A stretch of DNA of 63,842 nucleotides, counting the filler, from Nemertoderma westbladi (lineage: Eukaryota > Animalia > Xenacoelomorpha), in NCBI GenBank assembly GCA_032718475.1. It is 3 parts of 3 records of this genome, joined end to end, with 100 filler letters (N's around TTAATTAATTAA, not from the genome) between each part and the next. Parts side by side here need not be neighbours in the genome. Positions count along the whole stretch, not along the records: positions 18,068 to 46,555 come from JAUCBJ010001927.1; positions 46,656 to 63,842 come from JAUCBJ010003104.1; 1 more part is not named here. The stretch is one strand, 5' to 3'. Under the pieces are notes generated by a model. It worked only from the letters and a program-made list of their open reading frames with translations, was not told the origin of the DNA and did no database searches. Position 1 is the stretch's first letter; each line of letters starts with the position of its first letter. This document shows positions 40,008 through 51,886 of this stretch, piece after piece. The position numbers were made by a program, and so were the translations under genes.

Positions 40008-40689
40008 ATGATCTCCATTTTATTTGGAACACAATTTGAATTTACATTAATCGATTGAACAATCAGCTGCTCAGATGCAGAAAGACTAGCTGTAATGCTT
40101 CGAGTATCAGTAATCAAGTAAATTCAATTATTGTTCCTACACATATAATTGGGATTCTGAGATTTCGGCAATATGCATAGATGTTATAGACGACTAATTA
40201 TAATAACATTCCTAACCGGCACACTTAAAATGGCCGGACCAAAGGACTAACTTATTCAAGGGTCTGAATAATACTAACTCTGACTGATAATCAGAAGGAG
40301 CTGATCAAATATCAGGATGTGATGCCAGCAATAATCCCGATGCCCGCATGCAATCAATTCAGGCATTAGATCAACCTGCTAGCTGGGAGGAAAATCCAAC
40401 CACCGCCGAGGTTATGGCTGAATCTCCAGCTGATTGCATCAATGTTTGGAAGGACCACTTTGAGAGGTACACAAACAACGACAGTGTATTATTGCCTGGG
40501 TTTCAATGGGGGTCATTTTAAGGACTCCTTGGAAATAACCTGCAAATCTTTAAGGGTAATCCTATGTTATATACATTGTTTGGTGTGTTTGTTATTGTTT
40601 TTAAGGAATTTATAAATATTACAGAAATATATCTATCTATATAGATATATAACTTTCGGGTGTCATAAAGTGTGTCTGAGTCTATACAA

Positions 40690-41375
40690 TATAATTATAT
40701 TGAATCACATCAGGTATCCTGTATCTGGAAAGATTGCACACTGGCTCTTAGAAAGATAATTGAAGAGTAGTCAAAAAGAAAGACAGACATCTGGCTGGCT
40801 GTCATCTTTGTTGACTTCTTTAAGGAATCCGATTCCGTATGACCACTTATGTTCAGCATACGTGCAGCATATCGGATTCCTGATGGAACCATTGCAGCTA
40901 TCAGATCACAATACATCATTTGATAATACAGCTGATAGTTAAACAGATCCATTCGATGTCTCATGCGGAGTCCTTCAGGGTGACACACGTATACCATTCT
41001 TGTTCATAATTGTGGTTGATTACGTTCTCTGCACTTCCTTTAACCTTCATAATAATAATGGGGTCATGGTGACACCCATTTTGGCTCCAGAAGTCGAGAG
41101 AACCCAGCCAAGCACCATACTGATCTAGACTTTGCTAAAGGCATTGTTAAGGCTACTTCTAGTGTAGATTATTTTGTTAACTCCAAGGAGACCAAAATTT
41201 TGGCAGTTAACCCCGACAGTCAGTTTCAGGTATATAAGGGGACTGAAGGGGCAGCAAGTCCCATATAATAAAGTAGAATCTCAAGGTTATTATTTAGAGT
41301 GGCAGTAGAACACCAACTACCTACCAACTGAGGACACCAACTATCTGGTTGACACATACACAAGAATGCTACACC
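40690..41375 (+). mobile_element. Degraded RTE LINE fragment
   Basis: IFVDF, GVLQGDT..PFLFIIVVDYVL, TDLDFA and LF.VAVE motifs with stops. Confidence 0.7.
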
Positions 41376-41783
41376 CGTTTAATTGAAGTAATGACTTACT
41401 TTAATTGAGGGTCTGAGAGTAGAAAATTTTCACATTTCATAATAATGTAATACAATAATGCAATAAATCTGGCTCTGGTGTATCACAAATGAGAATTCAA
41501 GGTAATAATGGATTAATAGACGAACTACAAGTTTGGACTAGTGTAGGACAAAATTGAAGAATACCAACAAGGACCCACAGCATGGCTGCTTTTAATAATT
41601 ATATAGCATCTATTCATTTTCGAGTTACAATAATTTAAATAATTTTTATAAAGAAAAACAAAACATAATACTGCTTGCATAATAATTCTTCAAGCTGGAA
41701 TAATATCTAATATTGCAGTATTGCATTGTGTTACAGTATAACCAGCATAATTATTTTAGCCAATATATGATACTGATACTAAC

Positions 41784-41909
41784 CAATTTCATTCCTTTGA
41801 GATGAATTTAGGTCGACTTTGGTACGATCAATCGATATCTGTACAGGAATTGCAGATTTCGTAGATTTTCCATTGGGTGATGGTAGTTGACGAGCTGTCT
41901 TATCAACCC
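41784..41909 (-). CDS. Further upstream exon (GVDKTARQLPSPNGKSTKSAIPVQISIDRTKVDLNSSQRNEI)
   Basis: CGCAG acceptor, GTTAGT donor, 126 nt open, phase 1-1. Confidence 0.6.
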
Positions 41910-43330
41910 CTGCGTGCATGATAAACAATAATAATTGTATAAATTGCTGAAGTTAAAATAGCAATTTATTCACCTTAGAAGAATAGTAATGTATTTTATT
42001 GACCATTTTTTCTATTTATCACTCATTCATTCATTTTACTTTCCAGAATATCGTTTTTGGAATATTAAATGCGATGCACTGTCATACAAAAATTGTGATT
42101 GAAATACTGTACCTCTATTAAAATTGTAGAGGGTTTATCAACACAGTGACCAGTGAAAGCTATCAAGCGATAAATTTAATTAAACTATTCCCCACAGTAA
42201 ACGTATTCGATTTACTTGAACTATATCAGCAACATGATGGCCGATGTAACTAAACTGTAAATTGGCTAAGTTATTAGTTTTAAGGAAGGGCAGCTTATGC
42301 TGCATTTAAACATTCACAGCAAGGGTTAAGCTTACTTTATTCTACCCCGTGGGACAATATCTTAACTAGGTAGAACCCTAGACGCCGTCTGATCTTCCTG
42401 TAAATAATTCTTTACATTTCCTTAGGGATTTTGTTATTGGTAACATCTGATATTAACCAAAATGGGTTCGCCGAAATGGATTTCACTGGGAGATCACTGA
42501 GGAATTATCTACAAGGAGGAGCAGGCATTTAGCAATTATATTTGTATGTTTCTTCGATGTCTTCGACTCCACTACCACCCATGTATGTTGAAGATCCTTG
42601 AGACCTATGGGGGGGGGGGGGGGGGGGGGGGTCGCTACGGTTCCACAACATTTGTAGATACAGACACATATGAAGTGTCATAGGGTGTTCGTCAGAGTGA
42701 CACCCTAGGTCCTTTACTCTTCATTATAGTGGTGGTGCGAATGTATCTTGGCAAACATAATATAAATAGGGTGGAAATACAACCTGTAAACATGGATTTC
42801 CCCAGATGATTATCGATCAATGTGTGTTGAGTCATTTCATGGCCTGGTTTGTAATGTAGAAAACTTCTGCAATATATGGGATTGCCATATGTGGCATCTA
42901 TAGCTGCTATATATGGCAGCATGGCAGGCCATACTGGTCTCTTGCTGAGGTAGACACCAGTTTCGAGATAGTACACCAGATTGGTGCGAATGTTAAACTT
43001 GGGTTAAACTTGGCATAAAATACAATGGTCATTTCACAAACCAATCAAAGCAATCTACCATCTCGGTAGTAACCGAAAAATGGCCTAAAAAACCCTGACA
43101 CGATCCTGCAGGCAAGGCGACGAACGAGACTTGTCGTCCATTGGCGTTGTAGAACTGATCCCCCCGTCTATGATCTTGTTCTTTGGCAGCCGGCCGGCGT
43201 GAAGAACGTGACGGACAGCCATTCACATTTCTGCAACGTCTGCTAAAAGATACTAGTCTTGGTAGAGCAGATCATTCCAGAGCAGACGTGATATCATTGA
43301 GATCTGGAATATGGAATGGCTGATCGAGAA

Positions 43331-45195
43331 CTACTACTACTACTATGTCGAGCGAACTCGGACAGTGGAAATGAGATCCTTCCAGGCTTCCCGATTCTCC
43401 ATAGTTGTCGCAATTTCGTTTCTCCCAAGTTCAGTATCACTTTCAAGTTGATCTATATATGTTATGGCTGGTCGTCCATGACTACGCTTTCCATGAGTTG
43501 GTTGCCAGAAAAGTAGATCTGGTATGACCTCGTCTTTACTTCGCCAGCAGTGCCCACTGAATCTTAATCTGCGTTCATAGAGGGTGGTTGATACAGGTGG
43601 TATTGTACCATACAGCTTTGCGTTTGTCATGTGTTGTCTCCAGCTGATGTTTAGGGCTGCCCTTAGTCGTCTTGTGTAGCAACCATCAATTCGTTGTTCA
43701 AGTGATTTAGTCAGTGTCCAGGTCTCAGCCCCGTATAAAAATAGACTATCCACTGTGGCTCGAAAGAACTTAGTCTTCAGGTGCCTGGAGAGATCTGATT
43801 TCCAGATGGTATCCATTTTTGATAGAGCTACCCAAGCCTTTGCTTTCCTAACTTCTATGTCCTTTTTGCTACTCTCTATCCATGATCCAAGGTACTGGAA
43901 GTCATCGACCTTCCTTAGTTGATTATTATCAATGGTTGTCAAGTTTCCATCAACATTAAAGGTCATGAATTCGGTCTTGGTAGCATTTATATGCAATCCA
44001 ACCTCCTTAGCAGCCCTCTCCACTTTATTTAGTAGAAGATGTGCATCTGAAGATGTGCTATCTGTGACAGTAGTTGCCGGATATCTACTACTTCTGCGTT
44101 CTTGAAGTGTGAATCCCAGATCTACAAATAGTAATGGTGCTAATATGTCACCTTGCAGTACGCCAGCCAGGATTGAGAAAAACTCAGTTTCACCATCTGG
44201 TGAGAGTGCCTGCGCTTCTGTGTCACAATATAACAATCCAATGCCCTCCACAATTACTTCTGATATTCCACAAGCTCTTAGGATTTCAAGCATTTTACCT
44301 CTATGGATGGAGTTGAATGCCTTATTGAAGTCCACAAAAGTCATGACTGTGGGGAGATTCTTTGACTTAATTCCTGCAATCAGTCTCCGTAGTGCAAGTA
44401 TCTGAGCTATTGTTGATCTACTTGGTCGAAATCCGTTTTGGCTCTTACGCAGTTGTCTCTCTATGTGAGGCCTAATCCTATATAGAATCATTTTATTGTA
44501 TATTTTGGCAGCTACCACAAGCAGACAGATCCCACGATAGTTTGTTGGTATGCCGAGGTCTCCTTTCTTGGGGAAAGGCTTTAGTTGACCTTTAGTCAAA
44601 ATTGGTGGTGGCTTTTCACTTTTTAACATCCGGTTGCAAACATTCAATAATGGTCTGTTTTGCACTCCTGTTTACCATACCTCCGCTGGGACTTCATCTA
44701 ATCCACTCGCTTTATTATTGGACATGCTTTTAATGCTTCTTTGGAGTTCGGGAGGCGGTCCCTGTTTCTAAAGATAGTGTCTTGTCATATATTTTCCTTG
44801 TATGGCTGACCTCGATGTTTGGTGACTGCCCAAGCAAGTTGCTGAAGTGATTTTTCCACTTCCCAACACGTTCTTCAGGACTATCGGCTTTGAGGCACAC
44901 CTTTGCACAACTTTTCCGACCAGATACCGACAGATTTACAGTTTGCCAGGTAAGTCTTGATTGTTGCTGTATGTGAGCAGTTGTAATTGCTTCAATTTTA
45001 TCCTGTATATACTTTTCCTGGCTGATGTTGTAGGCCAATTTAAGATCGTCCTTAGCTTTCTCAACCTTGTCAATGTTTTCGGTTGTTGGTTGTTCGGTAA
45101 TAACTTTGTAGGCTATCTTAAGATCTTCTCTCTTACAAGTAACCTCAGAGTTTTGCCATGGCACATACTGTGGAACAGTGGAAGGTGTTGCCGTG
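43331..45195 (-). mobile_element. 5'-truncated RTE-clade LINE (RT domain)
   Basis: ORFs 43343-44665 and 44730-45164: NYRGICLL, QNGFRPSRST, FVDFNKAF, GVLQGDILAPLLF, FQYLGSWI, LYGAETWTL, RLRFSGHCWR; (TAG)n tail at 43331-43345; the YADD region is deleted. Confidence 0.92.
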
Positions 45196-45470
45196 AAAGT
45201 TGGCTAATAATTAATTTATCTTAATACAAAGTCCTTTACATGCATCGTATTATAAAGTGAGTAAGCAAACAACCTAAGTTGATTAAGATGCAACATTATC
45301 TAAAGAATAAGAGACTAATCCCAAGATTACCAGATTAGAAATTATTAGATCCCCTCCCCTATTTAGTATGTTAAAATATACTTAAATAAAACACATACGT
45401 ACCTTCAAAAATATTCATAACACAGCAATAACAGCAATTTCGCACAATGATCGTAGTTGTTCATTAAATT

Positions 45471-45730
45471 TACAGATAAGGGGGGGGGGGGGGGGGGGGC
45501 AACTGGACGCAATAAAATTTCATCTATTTCCAGGGGAAATTCGACGCAAATAACAGATGATTACTCTCAAAAATAAAACTTTAACCTGTTCTATTGTGTT
45601 TAGTGTATTGTTTTGGTTAAAATAACGTGCCACTGTAACCTGCTCCTTTCCCTAAATTGATAATTTAAAATTGAGGCGGGATATTAATTCGCCAAGGCGG
45701 GTTTTGCGTCCAGTTTCCCCCCTGTCTCTA
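45471..45730. mobile_element. MITE (~260 bp)
   Basis: Inverted ends G-run-CAACTGGACGCAA / TTGCGTCCAGTTTCCCCCC; internal sequence resembles 37490-37635 and 15858-15910. Confidence 0.55.
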
Positions 45731-46348
45731 AATTTAATATACAAGATAATTAATTATACTTGAAGATCAGTTGCATTAAAATTTCCGATCTAATATCGAG
45801 AATTAGGCCTAGAGTATAAAGAAAACATTGTTATGAATATACAACATAACATTGATGCAGTCCAAAAGCATAATATTGTTAGGTATTTATTTAAAGAAAA
45901 GAAAAGACATCGAGTTCAAAACAGAATGAGATGCAGTAATAACTAGGAATTTCGGAATCTTCCTTCTAGCACTCTGCAGATTAGCTAACAGTGCACCTTG
46001 GTGGTACTGCACTGGTTGGTAATTGGTTATACCATAGCAAAGCCGAACTTATTAGTACACATATTGGAGACCGAAGTATTCTGTTAGCAGCAAAATGCAA
46101 CCTATGTAATGTTAGAAAAGTCGCAGGGAAAATATTCTTATTGCTGGTTGGATGTTCTTGGAAATCTGTCCTATTCCAACGGTAAATGAATACTGGTGTG
46201 GGAGGATATCTACTGTATTACATAACATACATATGTAAGACATTGACATAAGATTGTATATGGAGGTCAACTCAAAAATATTCCTGTGCTATGATTAATT
46301 GATCAACTAATTGAAAATAGGATCCTACTACGAAAACCTTGTATTCTT

Positions 46349-46555
46349 CACACGTTCGTGGGGCCTTCGCGCAGCACGAGGCCCAGTTATGAGATACAAA
46401 TTAAAATTGTGCGACTGTATCACAAAATCAGGTTATGAGAGATTAACCCACACCACCAAATTAATCAAAGAAAGGGGGAAAGTACGTGTTCACCCCTTTT
46501 AATCTGCACCCCCCCCCCCCCCCCCCCACCCACCAATACATAACCGCGACATCTA
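46349..46555 (+). mobile_element. 5' part of the Helentron/DINE-like repeat, cut by the contig end
   Basis: Matches the first ~200 bp of 62589-63842. Confidence 0.75.
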
Positions 46556-46655
46556 NNNNNNNNNNNNNNNNNNNNNNNNNNNNNNNNNNNNNNNNNNNNT
46601 TAATTAATTAANNNNNNNNNNNNNNNNNNNNNNNNNNNNNNNNNNNNNNNNNNNN
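46556..46655. other. Artificial contig spacer
   Basis: 100 nt of N with a central TTAATTAATTAA. Confidence 0.98.
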
Positions 46656-48442
46656 TGGGTGCTATGGCCGGGTGGGTGCTATGGCCGGGTGGGTGCTATG
46701 GCCGGGTGGGCGCTATGGCCGGGTGGGCGCTAAGGCCGGGTAGGTGGGCGCTATGGCCGGGTGGTTGGGCGCTATGGCCGGCTAGGTGGGCGCTATGGCC
46801 GGGTGGGTGGGCGCTATGGCCGGGTGGGTGGGCGCTAGGGCCGGGTGGGTGGGCGCTATGGCCGGGTGGGTGCTATGGCCGGGTGGGTGCTATGGCCGGG
46901 TGGGCGCTATGGCCGGGTGGGCGCTAAGGCCGGGTAGGTGGGCGCTATGGCCGGGTGGTTGGGCGCTATGGCCGGCTAGGTGGGCGCTATGGCCGGGTGG
47001 GTGGGCGCTAGGGCCGGGTGGGTGGGCGCTATGGCCGGGTGGGTGGGCGCTATGACCGGGTGGGTGGGCGCTATGACCGGGTGGGTGGGCGCAATGGCCG
47101 GGTGGGTGCTATGGCCGGGTGGGTGCTATGGCCGGGTGGGCGCTATGGCCGGGTGGGCGCTATGGCCGGGTGGGCGCTAAGGCCGGGTAGGTGGGCGCTA
47201 TGGCCGGGTGGTTGGGCGCTATGGCCGGCTAGGTGGGCGCTATGGCCGGGTGGGTGGGCGCTATGGCCGGGTGGGTGGGCGCTAGGGCCGGGTGGGTGGG
47301 CGCTATGGCCGGGTGGGTGGGCGCTATGACCGGGTGGGTGGGCGCTATGACCGGGTGGGTGTGCGCAATGGCCGGGTGGGTGGGCGCTATGACCGGGTGG
47401 GTGGGCGCTATGGTCGGGTGGGTGGGCGCTATGGCCGGGTGGTTGGGCGCTATGGCCGGGTGGGTGGGCGCTATGGCCGGGTGGGTGGGCGCTATGGCCG
47501 GGTGGGTGGGCGCTATGGCCGGGTGGGTGGGCGCTATGGCCGGGTGGGTGGGCGCTATGGTCGGGTGGGTGGGCGCTATGGGCCGGGTGGTTGGGCGCTA
47601 TGGCCGGGTGGGTGGGCGCTATGGCCGGGTGGGTGGGCGCTATGGCCGGGTGGGTGGGCGCTATGGCCGGGTGGGTGGGCGCTATGGTCGGGTGGGTGGG
47701 CGCTATGGCCGGGTGGTTGGGCGCTATGGCCGGGTAGGTTGGCGCTATGGCCGGGTAGGTGGGCGCTATGGCTGGGTGGGTGGGCGCTATGGCCGGGTGG
47801 GTGGGCGCTATGGCCGGGTGGTTGGGCGCTATGGCCGGGTAGGTGGGCGCTATGGCCGGGTGGGTGGGCGCTATGGCCGGGTGGGTGGGCGCTATGGCCG
47901 GGTGGGTGGGCGCTATGGCCGGGTGGGTGGGCGCTATGGCCGGGTGGGTGGGCGCTATGGCCGGGTGGTTGGGCGCTATGGCCGGGTAGGTGGGCGCTAT
48001 GGCCGGGTGGGTGGGCGCTATGGCCGGGTGGGTGGGCGCTATGGTCGGGTGGGTGGGCGCTATGGCCGGGTGGGTGGGCGCTATGGCCGGGTGGGTGGGC
48101 GCTATGGCCGGGTGGTTGGGCGCTATGGCCGGGTAGGTGGGCGCTATGGCCGGGTGGGTGGGCGCTATGGCCGGGTGGGTGGGCGCTATGGCCGGGTAGG
48201 TGGGCGCTATGGCCGGGTGGGTGGGCGCTATGGCCGGGTGGGTGGGCGCTATGGCCGGGTGGGTGGGCGCTATGGCCGGGTGTGGGTGGGCGCTATGGCC
48301 GGGTGGTTGGGCGCTATGGCCGGGTAGGTGGGCGCTATGGCCGGGTGGGTGGGCGCTATGGCCGGGTGGGTGGGCGCTATGGCCGGGTGGGTGGGCGCTA
48401 TGGCCGGGTGGGTGGGCGCTATGGCCGGGTGGGTGGGCGCTA
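46656..48442 (+). repeat. G-rich 21-bp tandem array (GGCCGGGTGGGTGGGCGCTAT), 17-bp variants at the 5' end
   Basis: ~1.8 kb of direct repeats, ending in (TA)n. Confidence 0.97.
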
Positions 48443-49181
48443 ATATATATATATATTTATAATAATGACTTTACCGCAGGTTCCTATGCATTGAATATTG
48501 ACTAACAAAACTTAAAAATAAATTAGGAACGATACTAACGTTCCATCTCAGTGTGCCAAGTCTACACCAACACTAACGTCTCGCTGTGTACCAGTCTACA
48601 CCAACACTAATGTCTCGCAGTGTACCAGTCCACACTAACACTAACGTCTCTCAGTGAACCAGTCTACACCAACACTAACGTCTCTCAGTGAACCAGTCTA
48701 CACCAATACTGATGTCTTCCTGTGTACCAGTCTACACCAATACTAATGTCTCGCAGTTTACCAGTCTACACCAACACTGATGTCTCCCTGTGTACCAGTC
48801 TACACCAACACTAACACCAGAGTGTACCAGTCTGCACCAACACTAACGTCTCGAAGTTTACCAGTCTATACCAACACTAACGTCTCGCAGTTTACCAGTT
48901 TACACCAACACTGATGTCTCGCTGTGTACCAGTCTACACCAACACTAACATCTCGCAGTTTACCAGTTTTCACCAACACTGATATCTCGCTGTGTACCAG
49001 TCTACACCAACACTAACGTCTCGCAGTTTACCAGTTTACACCAACACTGATGTCTCGCTGTGTACCAGTCTACACCAATACTAATGTCTCGCAGTTTACC
49101 AGTCTACACCAACACTGATGTCTCGCTGTGTACCAGTCTACACCAACACTAACGTCTCGCAGTTTACCAGTCTACATCAAC

Positions 49182-49632
49182 TGTTAGCGAATTCAATTCC
49201 GCTAACCACCCCACAAAGTTAGCTTTAAGCAATATTGGGAGCACGAGGTTGATTGCCAATCAACCTCGTATCACCCCAATAAACGGGGACGAGAAACTCC
49301 AAAGGACACACACACAAAGGGGGTCAGAGGTTATACCTCCGAGAGAGAGAGAGTGATAGTAGTGAGGGGAGAACACTCACAGAGAGATGGGAGGGCGAGA
49401 ATTAGGTTATCAGCCAATGGGGGGCAGGCATCCGCTGAGTAATATGGCCTAGGCTCTAGTACTCAACTATCACTTTATTGCCAACTGTGCTTATACTTTA
49501 TTATATATATTTATACATACGTTACCAACAATGGTCAGAGCAACTCAATAATATCAGAACTCTTTTCACACACACGGCGGGGACGCGTAAACAAGATCAC
49601 CGGATAAATCGGGATTCTCGGATCCCATCACA
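49182..49632 (+). repeat. 5' LTR
   Basis: TGTTAGCGAATT...GGATCCCATCACA; direct repeat of 52585-53035; contains CCAAT and a TATA-like tract. Confidence 0.95.
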
Positions 49633-49742
49633 GTGACAAGAGTTACCGTTCTGCCCTAACTGAACTGACTAACTGAGTAAATGAATGTGATACACCGACA
49701 CTCACAGAGAGATGGGAGGGCGAGATACATATACACCTACAT

Positions 49743-50810
49743 TTGGCCGCGCCAAATGGGGATATATTCCTATTCGATCTAGGGACGTATGGAAAGAAGA
49801 ATGGGCCGAAGTTGAACCGGTTGCCAAAGGCGGTGCAAACCCTAATGATAGAGAAGTCGACGACGAAAGTGGGATCGGCGATTCGCGACGATGCGGAGAG
49901 AATCATCGGTCCGGACACCCCCAACCTCCTGGACATGCAGACGGTCTACATGGCTGTGACAGCACCAGACGGGTTGGGACTAGTGGAGAACTCAGGCCAT
50001 TGTGGAGCGGTGGCGATGGGCCAGCTAATGGGGCTCGTGTGTCACAAACCAATGGACTGGAGTAAGTTCAGAGAGGAGTACGGAGCGGACTTGGCGAACT
50101 CGCTGAAGTGGGGAGCGAGGCCAGGGAAACAAGAGGTGTATCAATTCCGGAGAGGAGCGATAAAGGTATATCAGAAGCGATATATCCTGCAGGAGGACTG
50201 GATAATGATGGGTTTGCTTAACCTATTCATGACCGTCGTCATTGAGAAAGAACCAACAGCATTCCTGCTATCGGGATCACCCCTGAGCAACAGAAGAGCC
50301 TTCAAGACGGCTTTCGAGGGTCTGGTAGACCACCCGGGGCTGAAGGGCGAGTCGGTATATTATAACTGCCGACATCTAGTAGACGGGGAGGTGGATACGC
50401 CGTATCAGAGATGGGAGCAGCTAGAAGCGGATAGACGAGAAGCGAAGCGATTGGAAGAAATCGCTAGACAGGAAAGGAGAGAGGCAGAGGAAAGGGAGGA
50501 AGAAGCTAGAGCGCAGAGCTACGGCTTCGAGGAACAGGCGGCCTTAGACGAACTTCGTTGGACGTCATCAGGGAGTTCGGGGGGAGTCTCTAGGGTGAGA
50601 ATTAGGGTGGACGGTGGGATCACCGAAACAGTCGACATCGGGATCGCAGGCGACGCCCATACCAGTGGGCGCCGAGGGCGATCAGCCGCTAAGGAGGCTA
50701 GGGGAGCTGGAAGGATGGAAAGTCACGGGCGAGAGCCAAGGTGGGAAGGGACACAGTGGGTCCACCGGGATACCGGGGTTGGAGCCACTTCCAGAGGAGG
50801 ACGAGGATGA
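49743..50810 (+). CDS. DEDDy (WRN/EXD/RNase D-like) 3'-5' exonuclease-like domain plus a charged coiled coil; N-terminus apparently truncated
   Basis: HLAAPNGDIFLFDL...LPKAVQTLM...KVGSAIRDDAERI...NLLDMQ...LMGLVCHKP...WGARP...QKRYILQED follows the DNA_pol_A_exo1 pattern (LQLA...lfDl...KVGv.i..Da..L...dLq...W..RPL...Q..YAa.Da); no ATG start and no clear ExoI DxE. Confidence 0.6.
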   Translation: MAAPNGDIFLFDLGTYGKKNGPKLNRLPKAVQTLMIEKSTTKVGSAIRDDAERIIGPDTPNLLDMQTVYMAVTAPDGLGLVENSGHCGAVAMGQLMGLVCHKPMDWSKFREEYGADLANSLKWGARPGKQEVYQFRRGAIKVYQKRYILQEDWIMMGLLNLFMTVVIEKEPTAFLLSGSPLSNRRAFKTAFEGLVDHPGLKGESVYYNCRHLVDGEVDTPYQRWEQLEADRREAKRLEEIARQERREAEEREEEARAQSYGFEEQAALDELRWTSSGSSGGVSRVRIRVDGGITETVDIGIAGDAHTSGRRGRSAAKEARGAGRMESHGREPRWEGTQWVHRDTGVGATSRGGRG

Positions 50811-51886
50811 CGACGAGTTTCGGAGAGATGCCGCCCATCGGGAGGATCGGCCACTCGGACACGGACTGGGTTGGCGGGAGGGTGGTGACGGCCAGTGGGG
50901 CGAGGGCCTTCTGGGATAGACCCGGCAAGCGGGCCTGGGTGCATGAGGAGCCGGCGATGGATTTCGCGGGGAGCACCATCAGGTTGGGCGAGCAACCGGG
51001 AACGGCACCACGGGTAGTATTCGGGGAGACGATGCCCGGGAGGGACGAGGAGATAGACGTGGACAGGGACACTAACGTCCAGAAGTTCGCTTACCAGCGA
51101 CTCCACAGACCGCGGAGATCGCTTGGGACGAAAGACGACGTGGGGCGGGAGACATTGGTGCTCGGCTGTGATTACTGTGGGAGGCAAACCCACCAGGAAA
51201 GGAGCTGTCTGTACCGGTTCCAGAAAGGGACTAGTTGTCTCTACTGCCGCGAGTCGAGCCACAGGATGGGGGCGTGTCCACGGTTGCACAACCGATGTTC
51301 GAAGTGCAACTTCCGGGGGCACTACGGACGCCAGTGCGACTGGATGGACGACGAAGAGAAGTTTAGGATCTTCGAGGAGTGGGCCGACGTCGGGGCCATG
51401 ACACGGCAACGTATGAAGGCCCAGGAGTTCCGGTGGGGCTTCTTTAATATCAATCAGGAGGCCCACCTGGAGATTATCAAACGGAGACTTCCGTTTACCT
51501 ACCAGGAGGTATCAACGGCGGCGTCGTATGCCGGGGTGATAAATACGCAAAGGTATTTGGACAGGTGGACGCCACAGAACAGAGGGGAGTTCAGAGATTT
51601 CTTGGCGGAGCATGTGCCGCGGGCGATGAAAGTCATCCCATGGGACGCCACTAGGGGGAGACAACAGGGCTATTCGGAGGGGCCACCCGCGAAGCGATAC
51701 CGGGAGCTGATAACACCAGCGCCCAAGGAGTCGACGACCGGGATTAGTAGAGAGGTGATGGCGAGGGTCAGGGGTCTGAAGGGAGATAAAGCCAAGGGAG
51801 CGGCAGCGGCCAGGAAACGACCAAGGGAGGAGGACGGCAGAGGGAAAGAGTTGAGGTGGTTCCCAAAGTCAGGTGGAACGAACTAA
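50741..51886 (+). CDS. Triple CCHC zinc-knuckle protein (gag/nucleocapsid-like)
   Basis: CDYCGRQTHQERSC, CLYCRESSHRMGAC and CSKCNFRGHYGRQC are three Cx2Cx4Hx4C motifs; basic C-terminus (RKRPR). Confidence 0.75.
   Translation: MGRDTVGPPGYRGWSHFQRRTRMTTSFGEMPPIGRIGHSDTDWVGGRVVTASGARAFWDRPGKRAWVHEEPAMDFAGSTIRLGEQPGTAPRVVFGETMPGRDEEIDVDRDTNVQKFAYQRLHRPRRSLGTKDDVGRETLVLGCDYCGRQTHQERSCLYRFQKGTSCLYCRESSHRMGACPRLHNRCSKCNFRGHYGRQCDWMDDEEKFRIFEEWADVGAMTRQRMKAQEFRWGFFNINQEAHLEIIKRRLPFTYQEVSTAASYAGVINTQRYLDRWTPQNRGEFRDFLAEHVPRAMKVIPWDATRGRQQGYSEGPPAKRYRELITPAPKESTTGISREVMARVRGLKGDKAKGAAAARKRPREEDGRGKELRWFPKSGGTN

Noticed and set aside
42426-42543. Possible plus-strand exon with AG/GT boundaries
   Set aside because: Stops in the plausible frames and no partner exons.
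46664-48505. GGRYGRV / WALWPGG / GAMAGWV repeat proteins
   Set aside because: All three frames are open only because the 21-bp unit lacks stops; no unique coding sequence or splice context.
50723-51466. 247-aa minus-strand ORF in the LTR element
   Set aside because: Antisense shadow of GC-rich coding sequence; no motifs.
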